NCBI GenBank assembly: GCA_010909165.1
Contig: VJWM01000063.1
Coordinates: forward strand, 744,001-808,000
Length of the DNA: 64,000 nt
Direction: 5' to 3'
From: Anthoceros angustus
Lineage: Eukaryota; Plantae; Anthocerotophyta
Within the stretch, counting starts at the first letter, position 1, and each line of letters begins with the position of its first letter. This document shows, in pieces, positions 11,910 through 22,921 of this stretch. The notes under the pieces were generated by a model. It was not told the origin of the DNA and made no database searches. It saw only the letters and a program-made list of their open reading frames with translations. Both the position numbers and the translations under genes were made by a program.

Positions 11910-14613
11910 ATGTATAAATGGGCTGTGAAACCGAGGAAGAGGAGTTTGGTGGTGCCCAGACTCAACCTTGCGTCTGTGCGTCCTGAAGCGTTGGAAACAG
12001 ACACGCAGTCCTTTGGGGGTGAGGAGACATCATGCTCCACTGAAGTGTTAACTCCCCCAGATTCGGACATAGACAGAGCATCCAAGTCTCCAGCTCAACC
12101 TGAGGATTTTCATGTGAATCATGAGCACCTGAGGGACGAATCCGAGAAGCATCGGACATTGGAATCGTTGCCTGCATCCCCGCGGCAGCAGCGACAGAAG
12201 GAGCGTGTGGAGTTGAAGGAGGAGTTCCACTATCCTCATGTATTCCGCAAGGAGTTTTATGAGCATGCAGATCAGGCTGCTTCCAAACCCATCGCCCATG
12301 TGGCTGCGGTTGCGCCCAAAGCCGAGCCCGATTTCAACTATCCTCACATCTTCCGGAAGGAGTTCTACGAGCATGCGGAGCAGGCCACTCAAGCATCCGT
12401 GTCGACCACAACAACCGCCCGTGCCGAGCAGCATGGTGAGGAGGTTTCTAGACGGCGACACGAAGATTTCACCATTGTGACAGAGCAGCATCCGGATGCT
12501 GGGGAGCAGCGCAGGCATTTTGAGGAGAGTTTTCGGACTCCTAAACAATGCCAAGTTCATGGAAAGGATGCTCGCCACCAGAGCCCTTATCTGCAGGAGT
12601 GGTCCAAGAGATCTTCTGCAGCATGCCATGTGCACAAGTCCAGCCCAGGGTCTTCGAAATCACCCACTCGGTCCAGGGCACAGGATGTGGTCCAGGGGTT
12701 GTTTGCTGAGAGGAAGCTGCGAATTCCGTGTTTGGGTGTTGGAGAGCATTCCAGGCCCCCATCACCACTTCTAGCTACTGCTCGCGCTGGTGGGAGACTG
12801 TCACCGAGTGCTGGTGCTGGTGCTGTTGGGCAAGCTGCTCAAGAGAAGCAATCAGCGCCCCCTTCTCCAAAGATTACTATTCTGACTCCATCACCCCATC
12901 ATCCCAGCACGCAGCCTCACAGACACAGGAGCTACTTCAATCCCTCGAGCAAACATGTAGAGAAGGGGTCCCGCCCCGAAAGAGGAGAGGTTGCGGGCGG
13001 ATCCAAACAGGAGGAGGAGACAGAGGTTACCATACACTCTCCAGCCACACACAGGTGTGTATCTCAGCTTCTGCTGAATCTGATTTCAAGCTGGTTAAAG
13101 AACCTTGCAAACCTCCAGGCCCAGAGGCTCACGGCAGCGATGTAACAAGCTCTTGCTGTTGCTCCAACTTGCAAGCATTGCAGCCCATCTGAACCCGGAA
13201 GCGCTGGTACTGCCATTGGCCAGGTGCAGCACGAATGCATTTGCAGCAGAGGGAGCAGCACCCCGTCTCCATCCCCATCCCCGTCCCCATCCAAGAGCAG
13301 CAGCGAGAGCACCAGCCATGCCAAGCCGTACGACCCCTACGCCCACATGTGGGAGAAGAAGGCGAGCATACATCTCCCTCCTCCTGATCCAAGCAACTCT
13401 AACCTGCAGCCCGGCTTGACAAATCAGCTTGCTACTTGCAGCTTCCGCAGGTCGCACCTCAGATTCCCGAACCACCGGTGTTCGAGAAACATCTGCCCTG
13501 CAGCATCGTGGGCAGGTGCTGCAAGCAGTCCTACATCAAGTACTCCATGGAGAGGAGGACCCAGAATGCGAAGCAGGCGGCACCTCCGGAGGCAGCAGCA
13601 CACTGCCCGGCCCAGCACGCGCTCGAAGGAGCCGCAGACCCAGACGCCGACGCCGAATCCATGTTCGTGCTGCCCCCGGCAACCCCGGTGTGGCCCACGG
13701 TGGCCAGAACCAAGGGCTCGCAGTTCAGGACGACGCTGGAAGAGCTGAGGCAGGACAGGCACTACGTGAGCAGCGGGAGGTACGACGTCCTCCCGCTCCT
13801 CACCTTCTTGGGCTCGGTCCCTGCCATCGCCCCCGCCCCGCCCCTGCAAGTGCAAGGGCAAGGGGTGGACCAGGGAGAGAAGCAGACTCAGCAGCCATGC
13901 CGTGCTGCAGTAGCCGCTGAGTATCTGGCAAAGATAGCCACCACCGAGTGCGAGGAGTTCAACCCCAGAGCCGCGCTGCGGAGGCTGGCCAAGGAGAAGG
14001 GCGTCACAGTCAAGAAGCTAGCGCAGTCCAGAAGCTGCGGGAAGGCTGCCAGGGCTGCCAGGTCTGCCGGATTGCGCCCCCGCTTCCAGCAGCTGTGCCC
14101 GATACGGGATCCCTGTTGCTTCGCTCTCGCCCCGAGGTATGCCGTCTCCTTCTTCCTTCTTTCTCACAACCAAGGCAGGCACGCCGTTCTTGGGTCACGA
14201 GAAGTGCTGAATTCCGTCCCGCCCCGTTCCGTTCCGTTCCCTGTCGTGACAGAAAGGTTGGGAAGCAGGTGGATGAGAGCTGGCTGGCTTTGAAGCGCAG
14301 AAGGCCGGCCCTGTCCGACCTCTGGGTGCTGCGGGATCGGTGTCCCCAGGTATTCACAGTATGCACATAATGTCTTTTTTCAGTTTTGGCGATTAACGAT
14401 GCAGACATTCCGTCAGGGCTGGCTTGCTTGCTTAAGTGATTCCCCGTTTGCACACAGGTGTGCGCAACCGCACCGATTTACTCCAGAACCCCGCCTGCTT
14501 CCCCGGTTCCGTGGGGCGCAGCCAGGGAGGAGGCCTTGGTGTGGGAACAGCGCACCGCGTCCTGCAGGGCTGCCTTTTGCACGATGGCAGTGTACGATAG
14601 CTACAGGGTGTAG
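11910..14613 (+). CDS. Orphan protein, ~756 aa, 5 exons (11910-13054, 13184-13361, 13442-14136, 14253-14349, 14458-14613); low-complexity, no recognised domain
   Basis: Three consecutive long ORFs join in frame through phase-consistent introns (intron 2 is GC-AG). Duplicated motif F(H/N)YPH(V/I)FRKEFYEHA. The true start could lie upstream. Confidence 0.65.
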
Positions 14614-14891
14614 GGCGGGAGGGTGAGAAACGGAAAGGGGTACGATATATAGATAGGACGATAGGACATCTCAACTGGGATCGCGTCTCAAAACGATCCA
14701 TTCATCCACATGTTCCTAACACGGCTGCAAATAAACGGGAATCATAGTCTGGAATTCCGACATCCAAGACAGACAGCTCTACTTCCTCTCAAGAGTTAAG
14801 ATACCACCCTGTAGCAATGGCCGCGCAGCATCATCACCTGGAAGGCACAGGTTCAGCATTCACAGGCTAACTTCTCCCAAACATCAAACCT

Positions 14892-16609
14892 CTAGTTATC
14901 AAAATTCTCGTCATCCTCATCGGGCAGAGGTTGGTTGGCGGCCTGCGCTAGCTCGGCTTCGTGCCTGCAAGATCCAAGTCACGTGGTGAGGTGAAGGGCA
15001 GGCAGGGGTGAAGGTCTGACTTACCAACATTCCAAGAGGAGAGCGCAAATGTAGACATGACAGTAGGACTTACTGTGCTTGTTGGGCCATGTCGATGGTA
15101 ACCTCCGGAGGAGCCAAAGCGGGAGATTCGACGAAGTGCAAGTTAGGGTCCCTGGATTTAGATCCACGTTATCAATACCACTCACATGAACGACATTGAC
15201 TCGGCAGACGAGGACAAGAAACTTACCCAGCAAGCTTTCTTGCCAGATACAGGAAAGGCTTCTCGAAATTATAGTTACTCTTCGCTGAGATCTCGTAATA
15301 CTGAAGATTCTTCTTCCTGTGGAAAGTAACCTGCTTGGCCTTCACCTGCCTGTTTTTCACATCGACCTTGTTGCCACAAAGCACAACAGGAATGTTTTCA
15401 CAAACCCTGAAAAAGCACATTGCGCGTCAGGAACGGGAAATGCAGATCAGAGCAAAGTGCACACTTAATTCGACCTTCAAAAAGTCGACAGGGAGAACTC
15501 ACCGGCACAGGTCACGGTGCCACGTTGGAACATTCTTGTAAGTCAAACGTGCTGTTACATCAAACATGATGATAGCACATTGGCCATGGATGCTGCATCA
15601 TGACTCTTCGGCATTAGTAAATGGGCCATACTTTAAGAACAACCCTTTTGCCTTGCAAGACACCTACACCATCGAAATGGCACACACTCTCAGCTACCTC
15701 TAGAATCACGCGGGCCTGACGAGCACTTACTAGTAACCATCACGAAGGCCTCCGAATTTCTCCTGTCCCGCAGTGTCCCAGCAGTAGAAGCGGATGCGGC
15801 CACAGTTGGTGTAGAAATCCAGTGGGTGCACCTCTACACCGATGGTGGCTGCACCAGGACCGACGACACAACTCAGTAAAGTTTCAGAAAGCTACGCAAA
15901 AGTACAGATCCAACTACCAAAACACCCCAGCAAGCCACAGATACTCACGCTCGTATTTCTTCTCGAACTCCCCGGTAAGATGACGCTTAACAAACGTCGT
16001 TTTACCTGCCACAGATAAGAAGCATCCGTTAGAATCCATGGCGGCCCGAACACACTCCCTACTCAATGCGAGCTACAGCGTAGGCCACGATAGACATACC
16101 CGTTCCTCCATCTCCGACCAGAACAAGCTTGAAGTTGGGACAGTTGTCAGGTGTGGTCTGGCCTGGCAAAGCCTGCAAACAATCCCCACAAGTCCAACCC
16201 GTCAGGGGCAGAAACCCTAAAGCAGCCTCCACAGGGTGCAAGCTCTAGCATCAAGGACCAAGCCGCCAGTGCGGCACAAGCAATCGATTACGTGCTCCCA
16301 ACCCTCTCGAAGAGGCGGTTCATTCAAACACAGAAAACCAAAAGCCAAACGCTCAAATCCGACCACGACAACCTGCAAGGAGATTGAAAAGCCCTATTCC
16401 GTCCCTCCTCAAAGGTCGTCCCAGCAGCAGACAGGCGCTGAACCATCAAAGACGCTACGCACAAGCTAGACCAAGCAACAACCCCAAGCGGCCCCCCCCA
16501 TTGTCCACCTGAAACCCGACAGACCTACAGAAAGGCGCAAGCCAAGCAGATCCGACAGCCGCACCCGATCGGAGCATGCAATACACGATTAGAGCGCAGA
16601 AATTACCAT
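14892..16609 (-). CDS. RAN: Ran small GTPase (8 exons, first exon ATG only)
   Basis: M|[25 protein letters not shown]|[18 protein letters not shown]|PTIGVEVHP...[16 protein letters not shown]|...NKVD...EISAK...|[17 protein letters not shown]...|[23 protein letters not shown]. Canonical splice sites. Confidence 0.97.
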
Positions 16610-18507
16610 AGCTTTGCGGCCTTGCAGGTGTCGGAAGCTCAGAAACAGAAGCAAGCAGGCGTGACGCTTCCAACCCCAGAGCCCAAGTGCTCCGCCGCAC
16701 ACAGAGCTGAAAGGTGGAAGAGACCTCTGGCCGCACGAATCTCTAAGCGCAAGACGGGCGGCAACGCGAGGTCATCACGCCATGCAAGAGGGCATCGGCA
16801 ATGAACTCGTCTCTTAAAACCCCAGGGCCCAGACCATAGCCACTTCTGCGCCACGGAGACAGAAAACCAATTTCTCTTCCCGGTTCTTTTCGAAATTATA
16901 GTTACTCTTCGCTGAGATCTCGTAATACTGAAGATTCTTCTTCCTGTGGAAAGTAACCTGCTTGGCCTTCACCTGCCTGTTTTTCATCGACCTTGTTGCC
17001 ACAAAGCACAACAGGAATGTTTTCACAAACCCTGAAAAGCACATTGCGCGTCAGGAACGAAATGCAGATCAGAGCAAAGTGCACACTTAATTCGACCTTC
17101 AAAAGTCGACAGGAGAACTCACCGGCACAGGTCACGGTGCCACGTTGGAACATTCTTGTAAGTCAAACGTGCTGTTACATCAAACATGATGATAGCACAT
17201 TGGCCATGGATGCTGCATCATGACTCTTCGGCATTAGTAAATGGGCCATACTTTAAGAACAACCCTTTTGCCTTGCAAGACACCTACACCATCGAAATGG
17301 CACACACTCTCAGCTACCTCTAGAATCACGCGGCCTGACGAGCACTTACTAGTAACCATCACGAAGGCCTCCGAATTTCTCCTGTCCGCAGTGTCCCAGC
17401 AGTAGAAGCGGATGCGGCCACAGTTGGTGTAGAATCCAGTGGGTGCACCTCTACACCGATGGTGGCTGCACCAGGACCGACGACACAACTCAGTAAAGTT
17501 TCAGAAAGCTACGCAAAAGTACAGATCCAACTACCAAAACACCCCAGCAAGCCACAGATACTCACGCTCGTATTTCTTCTCGAACTCCCCGGTAAGATGA
17601 CGCTTAACAAACGTCGTTTTACCTGCCACAGATAAGAAGCATCCGTTAGAATCCATGGCGGCCCGAACACACTCCTACTCAATGCGAGCTACAGCGTAGG
17701 CCACGATAGACATACCCGTTCCTCCATCTCCGACCAGAACAAGCTTGAAGTTGGGACAGTTGTCAGGTGTGGTCTGGCCTGGCAAAGCCTGCAAACAATC
17801 CCACAAGTCCAACCCGTCAGGGGCAGAAAACCCTAAAGCAGCCTCCACAGGGTGCAAGCTCTAGCATCAGGATGACCGCCAGTGCGGCACAAGCAATCGA
17901 TTACGTGCTCCCAACCCTCTCGAAGAGGCGGTTCATTCAAACACAGAAAACCAAAAGCCAAACGCTCAAATCCGACCACGACAACCTGCAAGGAGATTGA
18001 AAAGCCCTATTCCGTCCCTCCTCAAAGGTCGTCCCAGCAGCAGACAGGCGCTGAACCATCAAAGACGCTACGCACAAGCTAGACCAAGCAACAACCCCAA
18101 GCGGCCCCCCATTGTCCACCTGAAACCCGACAGACCTACAGAAAGGCGCAAGCCAAGCAGATCCGACAGCCGCACCCGATCGGAGCATACGTACACGATT
18201 AGAGCGCAGAAATTACCATAGCTTTGCGGCCTTGCAGGTGTCGGAAGCTCAGAAACAGAAGCAAGCAGGCGTGACGCTTCCAACCCCAGAGCCCAAGTGC
18301 TCCGCCGCACACAGAGCTGAAAGGTGGAAGAGACCTCTGGCCGCACGAATCTCTAAGCGCAAGACGGGCGGCAACGCGAGGTCATCACGCCATGCAAGAG
18401 GGCATCGGCAATGAACTCGTCTCTTAAAACCCCAGGGGCCCAGACCATAGCCACTTCTGCGCCACGGAGACAGAAAACCAATTTCTCTTCCCGGTTCTTT
18501 TTCGAAA
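15263..18507. repeat. Head-to-tail duplication 2 (~1.6 kb; 15263-16894 / 16895-18507)
   Basis: Junction ...GGTTCTTTTCGAAA|TTATAG with microhomology TCGAAA; the right copy is indel-rich. Confidence 0.92.
16889..18219 (-). pseudogene. RAN: Partial Ran duplicate (exons 1-6, truncated at NYNFEK, with frameshifting indels)
   Basis: Same exons as 14892-16609 but with 1-3 nt deletions (e.g. in DTAGQ and NKVDVK); lacks the last two exons. Confidence 0.8.
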
Positions 18508-18983
18508 CTTCCAGAAGTGCTTTCACACGCGGACTTGGTTTCATCCCGTTCCCACGGTACCTCCACTTCGAGGCAGGAAGTCGAATGGGCTCGGTTTTAG
18601 GGCTTGCGGGCGGGCAGACTTAGGCTTGTTTTTGTTATATACAACCAGATGAATTCTCTTACACACAGGTGTCTCATGCTTTGTGGGTGTGTTATGCTTG
18701 CTTTCAAATGGGCACACACCAAGTGTTTGCATGTCAGCTGTCTACTCCAAAGCGGCAGTAGTGATGAGCTCAGGATACCGACCACACCATCAGGAGAGGA
18801 GGATTACGTGCTTACAGTACAGAGCACACCAAATGGCCTGATGAAATGTGCAGGCCGTGGTGAAAACATGCGCAGCTGCTGAGAAATGCCCGGCCAAAGT
18901 TTGCTTGTGCATGACCAGCACAGAGTGTGCACTGGCTCATGCCAAGAGGTAAGGCCATGCCCAGCAAGCCAACCATTGTCGAT

Positions 18984-21900
18984 CTAGTTTTCGCTCAAAG
19001 CTGAAACTTCTTGGCATGAACTGGCAGCTCCTGAGAAATCCCTCCATCTAGGGAGAAGCTCAGAAGCTCCATAATTTAGCACAGCACCATATCCGGCACA
19101 TCTCCAGGAGCCGAACTTCAACAAACAGTCCACTCCATAAGTTATGACGCAAGGCAAGCTGGAGGCACGATCCCATCCATTCCTGCTGAGACCTATTCGG
19201 TTTCAACATGACTTTACTGCAGTCCTGTCTTCAGCTCAACCCTTAAAATGCTGCAACTCCTCGGCAGTAGTGCATCCTCGTTCATTTGCATTCCTTCAAC
19301 CACCAAGACAGCAAGAGCCTGTTTCTCCCAGAATGTGTGTTGCAACGCGCAGTCCACAAAACTGTGCCAAGTGCTCCAATTGCACTAGAGCTCGCACCAA
19401 GCATGCATCCATCTATTCCAACCGAATCCCATGCACCACCCTAGGCTTGTTGCGCGACATACGTACACACGGCTGGCTGGTTGCTGAAAGCTCTCCTCTA
19501 CTAAGACCTAGGGCGCGATTTGCCGGAGCTGAATGCGCAACGCCATCAAACTTTCAGACCCAATCTGATATGTGTCCAAGACAGAATACCCGGCTCATCA
19601 CGGCACCCAGACAGTGTACCTTTGCACGCGGGGAGGCGGCTGCTGAGGAGGTCGAGGCGGCGGCGGCGGCGGCGGCGGCGGGTTCTTCTGCCATTTGGGC
19701 CATTTCAGCACCGGCCTGCGCCGCCTCCTTTGGCCTCCTGAGCCGCCATCCCTGAGCCCTGACACCCTCCGATGCACCACACCTCCTTCCCCTATCCCTG
19801 CCCTGCCCCTGCCCCTGCCCCTGCCCCTGCCCCTGCCCCATCCCGCCTCTGGACGATCTGGACGCATTCCTCTGCTCCTCCGATCGAGAACTCGCAGCAC
19901 CAGCACTGGCGGCAGGAATGAAGAACCAAGCCACCGATTTCTCCTGCTCTTGCTAGGGCTCGCTGCCGCCGTGTCTTGTCCATCACCGGCCTTCTCTTCC
20001 ACAGACACAGCAACGGACGAAGCTCTGACATCCCTGTGCCGGCTCGCCGCAGCAGCAGCAGAGTGCCCGCCGTGAGACCCTAGAAGCTGCGGGGGGCGGG
20101 CTCGCCGGATGCTCCCGCCCGTAGCCCGGGCGAAGTTCGGCTGCAGCCCGGGGGCGAGCGAGGCGGATGCTGATCCGTGCCTGGCCGCCGCCATGCGCAG
20201 CAGAGCCTCCCCCAGCATCAGGGAAGGAAGCAGGGACTTCCCCTTCTTCTTGTGGCGGCGGCGGCAGCATCTGCGGCACCATGGCAGGCAGAAGAAGCAG
20301 AGCAGGAGCAGCAGCAGCAGGGCCGCGGCGGCGATGAGGCAGGCCTCGACCCAAGTCGGGATGGTCTTCTTCTTGCTCCCGAGCCCGGTGGTGGTGAAGG
20401 TCCAATAGAAGATCTCGTTGATCTCGAAGTCATGCCCGGTGCTGGCGGAGAACCCGACGTAGGACCACTCCTCCAGCGTCTGCCTCAGGTCCAGGGAGTA
20501 GTTGAACGCGATCCTGGCGGTCTAGTTTTCGCTCAAAGCTGAAACTTCTTGGCATGAACTGGCAGCTCCTGAAATCCCTCCATCTAGGAGAAGCTCAGAA
20601 GCTCCATAATTTAGCACCATATCCGGCACATCTCCAGGAGCCGAACTTCAACAAACAGTCCACTCCATAAGTTATGACGCAAGGCAAGCTGGAGGCACGA
20701 TCCCATCCATTCCTGCTGAGACCTATTCGGTTTCAACATGACTTTACTGCAGTCCTGTCTTCAGCTCAACCCTTAAAATGCTGCAACTCCTCGGCAGTAG
20801 TGCATCCTCGTTCATTTGCATTCCTTCAACCACCAAGACAGCAAGAGCCTGTTTCTCCCAGAATGTGTGTTGCAACGCGCAGTCCACAAAACTGTGCCAA
20901 GTGCTCCAATTGCACTAGAGCTCGCACCAAGCATGCATCCATCTATTCCAACTGAATCCCATGCACCACCCTAGGCTTGTTGCGCGACATACGTACACAC
21001 GGCTGGCTGGTTGCTGAAAGCTCTCTACTAAGACCTAGGGCGCGATTTGCCGGAGCTGAATGCGCAACGCCATCAAACTTTCAGACCCAATCTGATATGT
21101 GTCCAAGACAGAATACCCGGCTCATCACGGCACCCAGACAGTGTACCTTTGCACGCGGGGAGGCGGCTGCTGAGGAGGTCGAGGCGGCGGCGGCGGCGGC
21201 GGCGGCGGGTTCTTCTGCCATTTGGGCCATTTCAGCACCGGCCTGCGCCGCCTCCTTTGGCCTCCCGAGCCGCCATCCCTGAGCCCTGACACCCTCCGAT
21301 GCACCACACTCCTCCTTCCCCTATCCCTGCCCTGCCCCTGCCCCTGCCCCTGCCCCTGCCCCATCCCGCCTCTGGACGATCTGGACGCATTCCTCTGCTC
21401 CTCCGATCGAGAACTCGCAGCACCAGCACTGGCGGCAGGAATGAAGAACCAAGCCACCGATTTCTCCTGCTCTTGCTAGGCTCGCTGCCGCCGTGTCTTG
21501 TCCATCACCGGCCTTCTCTTCCACAGACACAGCAACGGACGAAGCTCTGACATCCCTGTGCCGGCTCGCCGCAGCAGCAGCAGAGTGCCCGCCGTGAGAC
21601 CCTAGAAGCTGCGGGGGCGGGCTCGCCGGATGCTCCCGCCGTAGCCCGGGCGAAGTTCGGCTGCAGCCCGGGGGCGAGCGAGGCGGATGCTGATCCGTGC
21701 CTGGCCGCCGCCATGCGCAGCAGAGCCTCCCCAGCATCAGGGAAGGAAGCAGGGACTTCCTTCTTCTTGTGGCGGCGGCGGCATCTGCGGCACCATGGCA
21801 GGCAGAAGAAGCAGGCAGGAGCAGCAGCAGCAGGGCCGCGGCGGCGATGAGGCAGGCCTCGACCCAAGTCGGGATGGTCTTCTTCTTGCTCCCGAGCCCG

Positions 21901-22034
21901 GTGGTGGTGAAGGTCCAATAGAAGATCTCGTTGATCTCGAAGTCATGCCCGGTGCTGGCGGAGAACCCGACGTAGGACCACTCCTCCAGCGTCTGCCTCA
22001 GGTCCAGGGAGTAGTTGAACGCGATCCTGGCGGT
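18984..22034. repeat. Head-to-tail duplication 3 (~1.5 kb; junction at ~20521)
   Basis: CTAGTTTTCGCTCAAAGCTGAAAC occurs at ~18984 and ~20522; junction microhomology TCT. Confidence 0.92.
19598..20520 (-). pseudogene. 3' partial duplicate of the lectin gene (end of lectin domain, TM helix, open cytoplasmic tail)
   Basis: ARIAFNYSLDLRQTLEEWSYVGFSASTG...TM...RGRGRG...PPPPPPRPPQQPPPRVQRYTVWVP*; no 5' half or start codon. Confidence 0.75.
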
Positions 22035-22784
22035 CTTCTTGAGGGCGTTGGCGGCATCAAAGCCTCCGAACTCCGGCCACAGCAGGATTGCCACCTGCAG
22101 GTTCTGGGAGGGAGCATCGTAGTCCATCCAGACCCCGAACTTGTTGTGCAGGAAGTCCAACTGCGGGATTAGATCATCGTCCAGTTCCGCAAAGGCATCG
22201 GTTCTGAGCGTGTTGACAGCCAGCCCGACGTAGGGGGCGATGGGATCCCCGAACTTGGTGTTGTTGTGGGTGTCGAATTTGATGGCCAGGGTCTGGGGGT
22301 CGGAGCCGGGGAGGGGGTTCCCGTCGGGGTCGCTGGGGAAGAGGCCCAGGTTCCCGCCTTGGGAGCCCGGGGGCACGGCCACCTCGGGCGCCATGAGGAA
22401 GGTCATGCCGTCCCCGGTCGGGTAGCCCACCACGCCCGACACCCGCATGACGAAGAAGGTGTGCACGGAGGCGTTGGCCCCCGACACCTTGTCCCACATC
22501 TGCACGGCCTCGTCGCGCATGAAGCGCACGGCGATGTCGCGGTTGTTGCCGATGCCGAAGGGGATGAGGCTGAGGGCGGGGTCCCGGGTGGCGTCGTCGA
22601 TCTTGCACCCCTCGTTGCCGGTGCAGTTGGTGACGGAGGCGCAGAAGACGGAGCAGTAGCCCTTGCCCTGGTCCCGAGGGAAGTAGGTGAATTTCACGTC
22701 GTGGCAGAGCGCGGGACCTGCCAGGCCCAGGCCTGCCGCCAGCACCACCACGCGGAGCAGCAGCAGCCGGAGGGGCACGTCCAT
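21125..22784 (-). CDS. L-type (legume) lectin-domain single-pass membrane protein without a kinase domain; intronless; tail frameshifted in this copy
   Basis: Signal peptide MDVPLRLLLLRVVVLAAGLG; lectin motifs GDGMTFLMAP, GGNLGLF, AIKFDTHNN, YVGLAVN, YVGFSASTG, EIFYWTF; hydrophobic TM followed by a basic stop-transfer segment. The tail matches 19598-20218 apart from small indels. Confidence 0.85.
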
Positions 22785-22921
22785 CACCCTCGCAGTTCCA
22801 TGATCACCTGCTCTCATCGGGCTCCGATGCTGCTGCGGCTGCCGCTCGGCTCCAATGTGCATGTTCCCGTGCCTGTGCGGTGAAGCAGAGCGCGGTACCG
22901 CTGTATCCTCCGATTGCAATG

